Part shown: one piece after another, positions 14,085 to 28,134 of the stretch
Numbering within the stretch: position 1 is the stretch's first letter
How the letters are laid out: the number at the start of each line of letters is the position of its first letter
From: Eledone cirrhosa
Taxonomy: Eukaryota
Reading direction: 5' to 3'
Assembly: GCA_964016885.1 (NCBI GenBank)
Contig: OZ024740.1
Span: forward strand, 207,824,001 to 207,888,000
DNA: 64,000 nucleotides
Translations under genes and position numbers: made by a program
The notes under the pieces: model-generated
The model's input: only the letters and a program-made list of their open reading frames with translations
The model's database searches: none
What the model was told of the DNA's origin: nothing

Positions 14085-14408
14085 ACTTTATTTATCTACC
14101 TCGGAAGGATGAAAGGCAAAGATGACACTCGGCGGGATTTGAACTTAGAACACACTGAGTCGGATCAAATATTAAGCCATTATAAATCTGCGGTGGATTG
14201 GCAGTATTGGTAGAGTGTCGTACAACATGCTTCGTAGCATAGAGTTACGGCCCTTTACGTTCTGAGTTCAAATCTTGCCAAACTTAGCTTTGCCTTTCAT
14301 CCTTACGGGGTCGATAAAATAGAGCACCAGTAATGCATTGGGCTCTATTTAATCGACTTTCCTCGCCCCTAAAATGTTGACCTTGTGCCTATATCAGAAA
14401 CTATTACT
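14085..14408. mobile_element. Two SINE copies (partial minus, near-full plus 14189-14408)
   Basis: Same A/B-box head, body and ccttgtgcctatatcagaaac tail as 673-1428. Confidence 0.85.
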
Positions 14409-15003
14409 AATCCGACGTGTTAATGACTGGCAATTCACTGCCTTCTCAGGATATTACTGGTATATGTTTCAGTCGTTGCCCATATACTGCAGCACACAGA
14501 TACTATATCTACATTATTCATTTCTAGTTGAGTGATATAGAATATATAGCAATATATGGCGTATATATCGAATGTGAAACAACATGTCTCCCTCACCATC
14601 CTCTGGAAAAACACCTTCTCTAATCTGTCTGCCGGGAGCGCGGGGCGGCCAGTGCGTGGATCGCCATTTGTGAGAAGATGGGGAAAGCGAGAGAGACGGA
14701 GGCAGTGACAGTGGAAATTTGATTCCATTATGTTCAGACCTAATATATATGTATATATTTATTTACCACACCATTTTTCCTTTTTCTTTCCTTTTCACTT
14801 TTGTTACTATTTTTTTCTCTCTCTTCCTTTTACCCCCAATAACTTCCTTGAGTTATTGACGCACTGGGGTGAGATATATTGTATTTAATGCGTTGAAATA
14901 TCCAGGATCCCCAGCAGACAACTGATGAAGGAAACTTTACTCCCGTTCTTGCTTTCCTCTTATTTATAAGTACACCTTAGCCAGTAACTACACAGCTCCT
15001 GTT

Positions 15004-15096
<93 letters not shown>

Positions 15097-15101
<5 letters not shown>

Positions 15102-15853
15102 ATATATAAAGATGAAGTTTTCTGTGTGTGTGTGTGGACAATTTTTAATGAGGGCTCATATATTCTAAACTATTCATGCGATTTCTTTGAAATTTTTTAC
15201 AGAGCTTCTCCTTGCACAAAACCTGTACATGATCTACAAAGGCTTTCAAAAATCGATATTGGGGCCTTTGGAGACATTAAAAAAGTTTCGGTTATTTGTG
15301 TCAATTTTCGTAAATTTAAGTAAGACAAGAGTTATCTTTCGTCAATACAATAGGAACTCATTTTTGATGACGTTGGCTGTTCTCGAGTTGGTAATCCTGA
15401 CAACCTATTTATTTATGCTCCTGACGGGAAAACCCAAAATGTTGTGTATAAATCTGCTCTTCAATAATCCAAAAGACAATTAGTGCTCTCACCCAACATC
15501 CATCTCTTTTTATAACGATTTGCTTATCCATCAGTTCCCCCCTGTTATGCTCAATCTGTATTGTTATTCCAACCTATGTACATAATAGTGTCTATTATTC
15601 ACTTCACTTCTCTATTTCATGATGCGCTTTTACTGTTGTCAAAAAAATGTATATCTAGACTGGATTTCTGTTGTTACATGGGATAACGGATGACACCGAG
15701 CTCATATATTAATTATTTCGCTGGAATAGTGCCTAATATTTTCATGTTTACATAAAGTACGTTTTTCTTCTATGTATTCAAATTTACATTGTTTAGTTTA
15801 ATGAGCTACATCGAAAGCTACTTGAACAGTCCAAAGGACGAGTAGTTTAGCTA

Positions 15854-15854
<1 letters not shown>
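15097..15854 (+). mobile_element. Non-autonomous Helitron-like element
   Basis: 5' atatatataaagatgaag...(gt)n; 3' hairpin gtcc-aaa-ggac followed by ...gctag|t. Confidence 0.5.
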
Positions 15855-15893
<39 letters not shown>

Positions 15894-15963
15894 TAGCTAA
15901 ACTACCCGTCCTTTGGACTGTTCAAGTAGCTTTCGATGTAGCTCATTAAACTAAACAATGTAA
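15784..15963. repeat. Fold-back palindrome: about 71-bp arms around (TA)n
   Basis: 15784-15854 versus 15893-15963, one mismatch. Confidence 0.92.
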
Positions 15964-16024
15964 TATATATATATGTGTGTATATGTATGTATATATATGT
16001 TTATATTTATTTACATCATGTATA

Positions 16025-16091
<67 letters not shown>

Positions 16092-16102
16092 TTATTTACA
16101 TC

Positions 16103-16200
<98 letters not shown>

Positions 16201-16207
16201 GTTTTTT

Positions 16208-16240
<33 letters not shown>

Positions 16241-16469
16241 ATGTATATATTTATTTACTATACCATGTATATATATGTAAATATTTATTTACCACAGCTT
16301 GTAACTGTTGAATGATATTGACAAACAAACTGTCAAACTAGAAAACAAACTAAGAACGAAGACATTGCCACAAACACAGTGTGTATTTCTCGTTGATAAA
16401 TTAAATACCTATTCTTCCTTTCTTCCTCTTTCACCTTCTCACTCTTTCCTTTTCTTCATCTCTCTACAC

Positions 16470-17050
<581 letters not shown>

Positions 17051-17568
17051 TCCTGTGGAATGTAAAATATGTGGCAGGTTGCATCCGAATAAATATTTAA
17101 GGCTGCGACAATCGCACTTAAAGATTTGCATGACTGATTTAGCTTAGTTATGTTACGCACGCACTCCCCCTCCATATATACGCACATACCACCGCTCCAT
17201 ATACACGTACACCACGTACATGCGCATATACATACATACATACACATACACACAGTCAACGTGTGAATATCCCGGTAACTATCACACCTGTTACCCACTT
17301 ATCAGAATATACTAGTATATCCGGGAAAGTAATATAACCACGGAAACACATATAATGTATGTATATGTATGTGTATGTTTGTATGTATTTATATATGTAT
17401 GTATTTATATATGTATGTATATATATGTATATGTATGTATGCATGTATGTATATATGTATGTACGAATGTATGTATGTGTATATGTATGTATGTATGAAC
17501 GTAAGTATGTATGTATGTATGTATGTATGTATGTATGTATGTATGTATGTATGCATGTATGTATGTAT

Positions 17569-20054
17569 AACTCAAGGATGTGAAATCACGTGTTAGGCGG
17601 AGTCTTTCTCAGATGAAGGGTCAGTGGTGGAGTGAGAAGGCTGATGAGATACAAACTGCGTTAGATTCCAATAACACAAAGCTGTTGTACAGTCTCTTGC
17701 GTGAATTTTATGGACCGTCTTCTTCTCTGGTGACACCGCTTCGCAGCAAGGATGGCAAAGAACTTCATCGTGACTCACAAGGAATTCTACGAAGGTGGCG
17801 AGAACACTTTGATGATCTTTTGAATCAACCGTCTGCCGTCAATGAAGATTTCCTCAATCCCATTCCAGAAAGTCCTGTGAAAGTAGCTCTCGCAGAACCT
17901 CCAACGCTTGTAGAGGTTGCAGTGGCTATCTCGAAGCTGAACAGTGGAAGGTTTCCATGTATGGATGGCATACATGCTGAGCTCCTACAATATGGTGGTG
18001 AGAGACTCCTGCAACATCTTCACTCTTTGTTTGGCAGGATATGGGCTAATGAATCCGTACCTGAGGACTGGAGAGATGCAGTAATGGTGGTATTGTACAA
18101 GGGAAAGGGTAACAGGAATGATTGTGGGAACTACAGAGGTATATCATTGCTTTCTGTCGTAGGGAAAGTTTTATGTAGGGTGCTTCTGGACCGTCTGCTG
18201 ACACACATTGCAGATTGTGTTCTTTCTGAAAGTCAATCTGGTTTTCGTGCTGGACGCGGCACTACTGATATGATCTTCTCAACTAGACAGCTCCAGAAGT
18301 GCATGGAACAAGGTTTGGATCTGTATCAGGTTTTTGTCGATCTAACAAAAGCTTTCGATACTGTTAACAGAAATGCATTATGGAAGGTTCTCCAGAAACT
18401 TGGTTGCCCTGATAAGTTCCTTGCTTTATTTAGGTCTTTCCATGACGACATGAAGGCTTGGATTAATGTCGGAGGTAACATGTCGGAGCCTATCTCAGTA
18501 AAAAATGGAGTGAAACAGGGGGATATTCCAGCACCGACCCTGTTTGCCATATACTTTGCAATGGTTTTCTATATTGCATTCAGGAATTGCGAGCATGGTG
18601 TTTACATCCGATATCGAACCTCAGGCAGCATATTTAACATCAGGCGCTTTGCTGCAAAAACAAAAGTATTTACATCAATCATAAGAGACCTCTTGTATGC
18701 AGATGATTGCGATCTTGTAGCGCACACAGAGTGATATACAGCACATTTTGAATGCATTTTCTGATGCTTGCACTGCCCTAGGATTGACTGTCAGTCTCAA
18801 GAAAACCGTCGTCATGTAGCAACCTGCCCCCCGGTAAGCAGTACAGTGAACCAAATATCTATGTGTATGGTAAACAACTTGGAGTGGTTGATAAGTTTGT
18901 CTACATGGGAAGCACTGTCAATCGATACAGCAACCTTGACAGTGAAATCTCACTTAGGATTAGGAAAGCAAGTGATGCTAGAAAGGCGGAAAGCTAGAAA
19001 GGCGACTCTGGGGTCGGCGAGACATATGCAAGGAGACAAAGGTAAAGGTGTACAAGGCATGTATGCTCTCTTGTCTTCTTTATGCCTGCAGACCTGGGTC
19101 ACATATCGACACCACCTTAAGCAATTGGAGCGTTTCCATCAGATGTGTCTCAGACGGATCCATGGCGTTCACTGGAGGGACCACATCAGTGATGTCGAGA
19201 TTTTGGAAAGCTCTATGTGTGACAGTATAGAAGCTCTTGTGCTTAAGCAACGACTCCGTTGCAGTGGTTACATTGCCAGGATGAAGGATTCTAGAATACT
19301 AAAACTCTTTTATGGAGAGTTAGTTAAAGGAAAACGACCGCCACATAAACCAAAAAAGAGGTATAAGGATTCCTTGAAAGCCTCTCTGAAAGACGCTAAC
19401 ATCTCTGCTGATACATGAGAGAATATTGCTGCTGATGGTAATAAATGGAGAAAGACTGTATATGAGGGAAAAGTTGCCTTTGAGGCATCTCGAATCGCAT
19501 ACGAGAAAGTAAAGCAGGATGTGAGGAAGGGCATTGCTGCTGCACTTCCAGACGGCGAGGGTCCTCCTATGGTGCTGACATGCAGCGTCTGTGCGAGACT
19601 CTGCCTAAGCAAAGCTGGACTCGAAAGTCATATTCGCAGTCATAAAGTGAGACCAGTGGTTGACTACCAGGCTGCTGTTGGAGATGCTACTCATCATGCT
19701 TGCCAAACATGTGGTAGAGAATGTAAATCAGCAGGAGGGCTCAAGCGACATGCAAAAGTACACGAACTCCAGCCACAGCCGACTATTCCCAGTGAATGTT
19801 TTGGTTGCCGACACTGTGCAAGACATTTTAGATCATTGGCTGGGCTAAAAAGCCACATTCGATCGCAGCGCTGTTAGTTGCTATCGTGTGTGTATAGATA
19901 TGTTTATGTGTGTGCGTGTGTGTGTATATATATATATATATTATTATTGTTGTTGTTGTCGTTATTGTTATTGTTGTTATTATTATTATTATTGTTATTA
20001 TTATGTTTTTTTTCTCGTGCAATGGCCATACTCGATAACGAGGGGGCAGCTATC
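17569..20054 (+). mobile_element. RTE-clade LINE, 5'-truncated, RT plus three C-terminal C2H2 zinc fingers
   Basis: ORF 17580-18734 (NYRGISLLS, FVDLTKAFD, GVKQG, LYADD), then a stop and frameshifts. 19521-19877 encodes three CxxC-12-H-type fingers. Flanked by (TATG)n. Confidence 0.92.
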
Positions 20055-20128
20055 ATGTATGTATGTATGTATGTATGTATGTATGTATGTATGCATACAT
20101 GCATGTATGCATGTCTATATATATATAT

Positions 20129-20460
20129 ATATTGGTAAACGGAATAGAAAATGCTGACAAATTGTTCACAGTTGAAAAATGGTTTAATTAGGAATAAAAG
20201 AGTATTAGTGATTGTATGGGTTAGTATTCAGTTGTGGTTTTAAGTTTTTAAGTTTTTCAGATCAGAGCAAACAGCACGGACACTCTATCTCAAAATTATT
20301 TTTGAAAAGCATTTAGAAATGCGCAACCGGTAAGAACTTAAAAACTTAAAACCACAACTGAATACTAACCCATACAATCACTAATACTCTTTTATTCCTA
20401 ATTAAACCATTTTTCAACTGTGAACAATTTGTCAGCATTTTCTATTCCGTTTACCAATAT
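20129..20460. repeat. 126-bp inverted repeat with a degenerate hammerhead in the spacer (Penelope-like inverted pLTR)
   Basis: Arms 20129-20254 and 20335-20460. Spacer 20298-20336 reads TTGAAAA-gcat-ttagaa-atgc-GCAA-CCGGTA. Confidence 0.8.
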
Positions 20461-20487
20461 ATAATAACTTGTGTGTTACACCTCTAT

Positions 20488-20527
<40 letters not shown>

Positions 20528-21079
20528 GTATGAATGTATGTACATAAGTACATGCGTACGTATGTATGTACATAAGTACAATCGTATGTATATATATGTG
20601 TATATTCGTGTAAGATTTCCCTTTTCCGTCTTATGATAATTTATTAACTCCACCCATGTTGATATACTTGTGACATATATCATATGTCCTACTGGAGTTT
20701 CCAATATGAAACATGTTTACATTATTCCCAATGCTTCCTGGTTTAGGGCAATTCATTTTTCTTCTGGTTTATTCAGAGGAACCGAGCTAATACCTTCATT
20801 AACCCTTTATCATTTAATCCGGCTGTATCCGGCCAGAATTCACTTACCTCTTTCTGTTCAAACCAGTCGTAACCGGCCGCTCTTACTGACATTAAGATAT
20901 GGTTCTCAAAATAAATAATATCAAGTCCTCATAGATTCGATATTATGCGGGATAACTATGTGAGATAAAGCCTTTACCATGAAAATATAATAATATATAT
21001 CGAGTTATGTGAATGCTAAAGGTTTAAGCTAACTACGCAGCCTCTCAGAGTGAGGATCGCAGTCATGCCTAAGAAACTT

Positions 21080-22540
21080 CCCTAATGTACGCAAATTACG
21101 GTAGAAGATTCTTCCTCCATTGTGCTAGAGTTAGAGTAGAAGACACTGCACCAATTTGTTGTCCTTATATTAGAATACATTTGTCAAACATGTCACGGTT
21201 ATAGTTGAAAGCACCTGCCCAATGTGCCGCGGTTATGATCGAGGACATTCTTCAAATGTGACGCAGTTGTGGTGGAAGATAGCTCCCCAATCTGCCGCAG
21301 TTATTATTGAAGACATTCCTCCAGTGTGCCGTCATTTCGGTGGAAGATAGCTCCCCAATGTGCCGCGGTTATGATTGAAGACCTTCCTCCAGTGTGCCGT
21401 CATTATCGTGGAAGATAGCTCCCCAATGTGCCGCGGTTATGATTGAAGACATTCCTCCAGTGTGCCGTCATTATGGTGGAAGATAACTCCCCAATGTGCC
21501 GCGATTATGATTAAAGACATTCCTCCAGTGTGCCGTCATTATGGTGGAAGATAGCTCCCCAATGTGCCGCGGTTATGATTGAAGACATTCCTCCAGTGTG
21601 CCGTCATTATGGTGGAACATAGCTCCCCAATGTGCCGCGGTCATGATTGAAGACCTTCCTCAAGTGTGCCGTCATTATGGTGGAACATAGCTCCCCAATG
21701 TGCCGCGGTTATGATTGAAGACATTCCTCCAGTGTGCCGTCATTATGGTGGAACATAGCTCCCCAATGTGCCGCGGTTACGATTGAAGACATTCCTCCAG
21801 TGTGCCGTCATTATCGTGGAAGATAGCTCCCCAATGTGCCGCGGTTATGATTGAAGACATTCCTCCAGTGTGCCGTCATTTTGGTGGAAGATAGCTCCCC
21901 AATGTGCCGCGGTTATGATTGAAGACCTGCCTCCAGTGTGCCGTCATTATGGTGGTAGATAGCTCCCCAATGTGCCGCGGTTATGATTGAAGATACTCCT
22001 CTAATGTGTCGTCATTATGGTGAAACATAGCTCCCCAATGTGCCGCGGTTATGATTGAAGACATTCCTCCAGTGTGCCGTCATTATGGTGGAAGATAGCT
22101 CCCCAATGTGCCGCGGTTATGATTGAAGACATTCCTCCAGTGTGCCGTCATTATCGTGGAAGATAGCTCCCCAATGTGCCGCGGTTATGATTGAAGATAC
22201 TCCTCTAATGTGTCGTCATTATGGTGAAACATAGCTCCCCAATGTGCCGCGGTTATGATTGAAGACATTCCTCCAGTGTGCCGTCATTTTGGTGGAAGAT
22301 AGCTCCCCAATGTACCGCGGTTATGATTGAAAATACTCCTCTAATGTGTCGTCATTATGGTGGCACATAGCTCCCCGATGTGCCGCAGAGGGCGCTTTAC
22401 GAAGGTGTTGTGTTTATACAGTATTAGAAAAGTTTAACGCACAGCAGCTTTTGTTAAACTGACTTGTCAAATGTTTCCTAATTATGGTAGAAGATATTTC
22501 TCCAATGTGCTACGTCTATATTAGAAAACACTTGCCCAGG
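21080..22540. repeat. 68-bp minisatellite (dimer of two 34-bp monomers), about 16 homogeneous units with degenerate 34-bp flanks
   Basis: ccaatgtgccgcggttatgattgaagacattcct + ccagtgtgccgtcattatggtggaagatagctcc; period 68 (21423 to 21491). Confidence 0.95.
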
Positions 22541-22794
22541 ATGTCATGCAGAGGATGTGAACTGTGTGATCTCAGCTAGATTTGAACTCAGAATACCATG
22601 GACATGTGTGTGTGTGAGAGAGAGAGTGTGCGTGTGTGTATGTGCGTGTGTGTGTGTGTGTGTCTGCGTTTGTGTGTAGATATTAACCACTCCCATGCTA
22701 TCTAATCAATGTTTTCATTGCCTTAAACTGATAAACACCACTTGACACACACACACACACATACATAAAACACACACACACAAACACACATATA

Positions 22795-22852
<58 letters not shown>

Positions 22853-22869
22853 TGTAATAAACAACATAG

Positions 22870-23135
22870 GCGGCGAATGCTTTGTGATATTCGTTCCGGC
22901 TCTCTACTCTCTGAGTTCAAATCCCGCCGAGGTCAACTTTGCCTTTCATCCTTTCGAGGTCAATAAAAAACTGGGGTCAATTTTTCCTCTATATCTCTTT
23001 CTCATTTCTTCTCTCTCATTTTCTATCTTTCTCAGGAAAAAAATCTGCTGTACTCAGGAGGCCTGAAAATGCCCAAGAAACGCCGTATGTCAATACGGCG
23101 CCCCTACGATTCTATCAGGAGTTATGGGACCAAGC
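22870..23135 (+). mobile_element. SINE with alternative 3' tail
   Basis: Shared SINE head/body, then ctatatctctttctca...gtcaatacggcgcccctacg tail also seen at 31130-31670. Confidence 0.7.
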
Positions 23136-23348
23136 ATGCAAACCAATATATATATATAAGATCCAAATTCAATAAACAAACCAGGATTTTTTCATTCTGA
23201 GGATTGAAAGCAAAACCTTTTGCTTTTAAGAAACCACTGGTAAATGGAATAATTGCCTTATGTTGTTTATTACATAATAATAATTAAGCTCTGTTGCTTA
23301 CATAGAGCACTCTTTTTTCCTGGACTTTTCCGACGGAATTACTTCATT

Positions 23349-23407
<59 letters not shown>

Positions 23408-23414
23408 GTTTATT

Positions 23415-23812
23415 TTATTTAGGCACGAATCCAACAATTTTTGGGAAGGGGAAAGTCGATTAAATCAACTCCAGTGCATTTACTAGTACTTTATTTTATC
23501 GACCTCAGTAAGATGAAATACAAATAATAATTGTTTCTACTTTTGGCACAAGGCTAGCAATTATCCAGTGCATTACTGGTACTTTATTTTATCGACGCCG
23601 TAAGGATGAAAGGCAAAGTCAACCTTGGCGATAATAATGGTTTCTGATTTAGGCAAATTGAGGGGAAATTCGATTAAATTGACCCCAGTACGTTAGTTGT
23701 GCTTTATTTTATTGACCCCCGTAAGGATTTGAACTCAGAATGTAAAGGACCATAATTATATGCCGCAAAGCATAATGTCCGATGCTCTAACGATACTGCC
23801 AATCCACCGCCC
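23415..23812 (-). mobile_element. Stack of three SINE copies
   Basis: Same family as 673-1428, joined at taataa runs. Confidence 0.85.
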
Positions 23813-24734
23813 TTCATGTAAATAGTGTTTTCGATGTTGTTTTGCCAGGCAGTAACAAAAGTTGAATTACGGCATCTCCTTGCTTACTCAATGAAACAAG
23901 AATATCTGAAACAGTGTGGACTCCTTAAATTTAGCAGGGCGGGAGGGGTGGGGGGCTGGCAACGATACATGATGAAAGCGAGAGGAATTTATATATGTAT
24001 ACATGTATATATATAGATAGATATAGATGTATATATATGTGAGTGTGTGTGTGTTTGTGTGTGTGTGTGAGTGTGTGTTTGTGCGTGTGCGTGTGTGTGT
24101 GTGTACATACGCATAGAAACACGTATATATACACTGTTACGACTTAAGGACATTTACTGGCGGTAGGAAACGAACCAGAGACTGTTCGATTCATCGACCA
24201 ATACTGTTTATAACTATTGACTCTGAGCTACAAACATAGAAAGATCCCTGCTCGCTTAAGTGACTAAAGTTATAACAAGAAGAATTTGTTGTAACATTTC
24301 AAAGCAAAAATACCATATTACATGTGTGCAATTAAAACCGAGCAAATATTTCACTTATGTTATCGCCCTCTGAATACCGAGAGAATATTTTATATCGAAA
24401 TTTTAATTAAAATTTAATTTTACATTAATATTATTAAAGTTTAAAATTTCAAACCTGTTTTAATTAATCTTCACTTGGAATAATTTATAAATTGGGAAGA
24501 TGTCGCGGCCAACAGATGACATCAAAGTAAGATTTTCCAACCGAATTTAATTAAACTTTACATCACAAGGAATGCTGTAGCAAATGAAAGGTTGACCTAC
24601 AAACGGTGTTCAGACCAGTATCCAGACTATAGAGGTAATTTTATTAAAGTTAGACAGTTGTGTGTCCTTATAATAACAGTCATTGTTTAACGCTCATATT
24701 TTCAACATATTTTCAGAGAGGCTTTAAAAAGTGA

Positions 24735-24925
24735 AGACGTGTGGTCTAGAGGTTAAGGTGTTGGGTTTTTATTGTAATCCGGTTTCGATTCCTTCACTGG
24801 GCAATGCATTGTGTCATTTCACGTTGTTCCAGTTCACTTAGCTGAACGAAATGAGTCTGAACAGCAACTGGGAGTTAACTCACCCCAAATGAAACCGAGA
24901 TAGGGTATTGACGCATGACCTTTTT
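24735..24925 (+). mobile_element. tRNA-derived CORE-like SINE
   Basis: gtggtctagaggttaag A box, ggtttcgattcc B box, atttcacgttg core. Confidence 0.55.
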
Positions 24926-25368
24926 GAATTGGGACAGACTTTCTAACAAGATATGAAATATATATTACGTTAGTTTCTGACCCACAGTTTCGGGGATATA
25001 CTACATAGTCCCTTGCCTTGCTAGAAAAAGTAGGCAAATGACCATACTGACTTATATAGAGAGGAACACGTTGGGTAAAGTAGTCCTTAATGAATTTGAT
25101 CATATGCCTGCTGTATGAAAGTTTACATTGGGTCTAACTTCAACAGTAACACATGGGCTTACAAAGTTAACTTTGCCATTTATATTCCGTTGTCTTTGTT
25201 CCAAGTAACACACAAGTTGTGTTGTTGTTGATGTTAATGTTGTTGTTGATGTTGTATTTGCTGTTAGCCTCAGTCGAACACATCAATAATATCAAAGATA
25301 TTTCAGCCGTTGCCACCCTCTACTTTACGTTGGTGCAATACATCTAGAACGTTTCTATTCAATATATC

Positions 25369-25563
25369 CAGACCTTCCAGCCTCTAATAACTTAAACGGG
25401 GAGTACCATGAAGAAAAGGGCACCAAAACGGGGAGAAATGAGGCAAAATAGGGAGATTTTACATAATGAAAGTTATACCCATTTTCACAAAAGAAGACAC
25501 TTCTCTCCCACGGCAATGTGGGTGGAGGATCTCCCCGTCGGACTGGGAGAGTTGATAGGTCTG
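25369..25563. mobile_element. MITE, copy 2, 6-bp TSD tatatc
   Basis: TIRs cagaccttccagc/gttgataggtctg; flanks tatatc/tatatc. Confidence 0.7.
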
Positions 25564-26043
25564 TATATCTGTTTGTAAGGTGTTAGGTTGTAATGTATAA
25601 TTTGTGAAAGATTTCGCGGCTATTTCTAACACAGCAAATAACCACATAGAAGCTCGTTCATTTGACCACTTGGGTAATGTGAGAAAGCAGAGCAGCTAGG
25701 CTCTTTATTTACTTGTACCCTCAGTTTAATTTATTCTCGTCATTGCGTTCGCTGTCCTAGCTCATCCCTTTACTACTACTACTACTACTACTACTAATAC
25801 TACTACTACTACTACCAGAGGTGGTGTGACTATGTCAGGTTAATTGCCAGTCATTAAATACTCCGTGGAAAATAACATTAATGGCAAATAATAATTAGTT
25901 GAGTTAATTTTAGAGGGGTTGGGAGATAATACCGGACAAACAGACAGACAGATAGTTAGATAGTCAGATAGAGAGGCAGCTAGAGATAGACAGATAAAGA
26001 GACGAAATATCTATCTACCCCTCTCTCTCTCTTTTCTCCCAAT

Positions 26044-26106
<63 letters not shown>

Positions 26107-26145
26107 AGTATTTGCGTGCATGTGTGCCTCTCTCTCTCTCTCTCA

Positions 26146-26322
<177 letters not shown>

Positions 26323-26863
26323 TGTGTGTGTGTGTGTATGGCAAATATTTGAAGCTAGTTCCCGTGTGACAATAGCATAGTCAATATAACAAACGTAATC
26401 GTTAATTAAGTGTTTAGTGCATTAGTTTACATACTAGATCATATTTCAAGGACCAATTTCATATACATTATGTAGAATCTTGCACAAGTGTATTTTACCG
26501 TAGCTTCAGGTTGGCTAGAGCTTTATGAGGGAAATTGTGTAGACAGAAACTGTGTAGAAGGTTGTCAGAGGGACTATATCTGCAATTCAAAAGTCCAGAG
26601 TTGTTATACATTGTGTTAGGCTGATTCAACTTGAGAATTACATTAAGGGTGAACGTAGCCGTGGAATACTCAGCCACTTAGCCATTAATGCATTTAGTAG
26701 GCAGTCCTGTTGATCGAACAACTGGACGGGGAGTTCATCATAATAAACCGATCATGTAAGTTATCATCGGTTAAAGATATCATCTAACTAAGGTTTGTAC
26801 TAATTATCAAAGCCGATGTGATGATGGCATCAATGGGATTAAACATAGAACATGACGAAATGA

Positions 26864-27193
26864 AGCGGTGAGTTGGCAGAGTCGTTATATCGTCAGATAG
26901 AATACTTGTAGTATTCGTTATATCACTCTACTCTCTGAGTTCAAAACCCACCAAGGTCAACTTTGTCTTTCATCCTTTAAATGTTGATAAAAAAAAGCCC
27001 AATCCAGCACTTGATTCTTCTTCTATATCTCTTTCTCACTTTATCTCTATCACTCACAGTTTATCTCTCCTTCTCTGGAAGAAATCGTCTGTGTTCAGAC
27101 CAGATGTGGGGATGGTTTAAGACGCCCAAGTCACACTGTTTATCATTACTGTGCTGTTAAGATTACATTAGGAATTACAGGTCCATACATATA
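26864..27193 (+). mobile_element. SINE with alternative tail ending in catacatatat
   Basis: SINE head/body plus a tail shared with 29460-29627. Confidence 0.75.
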
Positions 27194-27194
27194 T

Positions 27195-27500
27195 GGCGAC
27201 TCCCATCGGTCACTAATGACCATGGTTTGGCACCTAGAAAGTTTCCCTCCGAGGTACAAGCCTCGGCATGGTTTGTTTGTGGAAGACCAGCAATCAACCA
27301 TGCATACTAGTCTCCCTTCTCTACGTCACCGATGTTTTCCAAGGGAAAGGCACCACTGAAGTCGCAGCTCATTTCTGCAGTGAAGCAACGTGAAATAAAG
27401 TGTCTTGCTCAAGGGCACAAAGCATCACACGGTCCGGGAATCGAACTCATAACCTCTCAATTACAAGCCTAACGTTCTAACCACAAAGTCATGCGCCTTC
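27195..27500 (-). mobile_element. tRNA/CORE-type SINE
   Basis: Minus strand gagttcgattcccgg B box and cttgagcaagacac core. Confidence 0.6.
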
Positions 27501-27659
27501 GCATACATATAGAGCGATACATAATAAAATGCTGGTGATATTTAATCTGGCGCTCTGCAACTCCACAGCCTTAATTACTTTGAAACTTTATTGCTGTCGG
27601 TTATTCCCTCAAGGTCAAGTATTTATAAGAGGTGAGTTAAATGTCTCTCGACATGACAA

Positions 27660-28127
27660 AGAACATGCCTGTACAAGAGCATCGTGCTGCCGACAGTGCT
27701 TTATGCGAGCGAGACCTGGAAGAGTACCGCAAAAATAGAGAGACGGCTGAATGCTTTCCACCAGCGGTGCCTGCGAAAGATCCTTCGTGTGTCCTGGCGC
27801 GACCGAGTGCGAAAGGAGGAGATCCTGCGGAGAGCCGAGTCGTCGGCGCTACAGAGAGTGGTCACGGAGCGTCGGTGCCGTCTGGCTGGCCATATTCTGC
27901 GTCTGCCAAATGAACGGCATTCGAAAACAGCGATGAACTGGACTCCGCTTGGCGGTAACCGGAGGCGGGGTTTCCCAAGGATCACCTGGCGAGGAACGTT
28001 CCGGAAGGACCTGATGGCAGCCAACATCACCTGGCACAGTCTCGAAAAAGTTGCCGCTGATAGTGACCGTTGGCGAGTACTTACTACTCGATGCGCCGAA
28101 CGGCACGGAAGAATCTAAGACTAAGAT
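27660..28127 (+). mobile_element. RTE-clade LINE 3' fragment
   Basis: VLPTVLYASETW...FHQRCLRKIL...GHILR...W; (ctaaga)2 tail. Confidence 0.85.
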
Positions 28128-28134
28128 ATATATA

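Noticed and set aside
14189-14290. tRNA gene candidates in SINE heads
   Set aside because: They have A/B boxes but no full cloverleaf and continue into SINE bodies.
21290-22390. CRISPR-like repeat/spacer appearance
   Set aside because: The 'spacers' are near-identical and homologous to the repeats; there are no cas genes and the context is eukaryotic.
24135-24296. TGTTAC...GTAACA solo-LTR-like segment
   Set aside because: No TSD and no second copy.
28070-28134. Apparent RTE-GIY-YIG fusion protein
   Set aside because: The RTE ends in its own tail and a short TA run separates it from the Penelope-like fragment; the frames differ.
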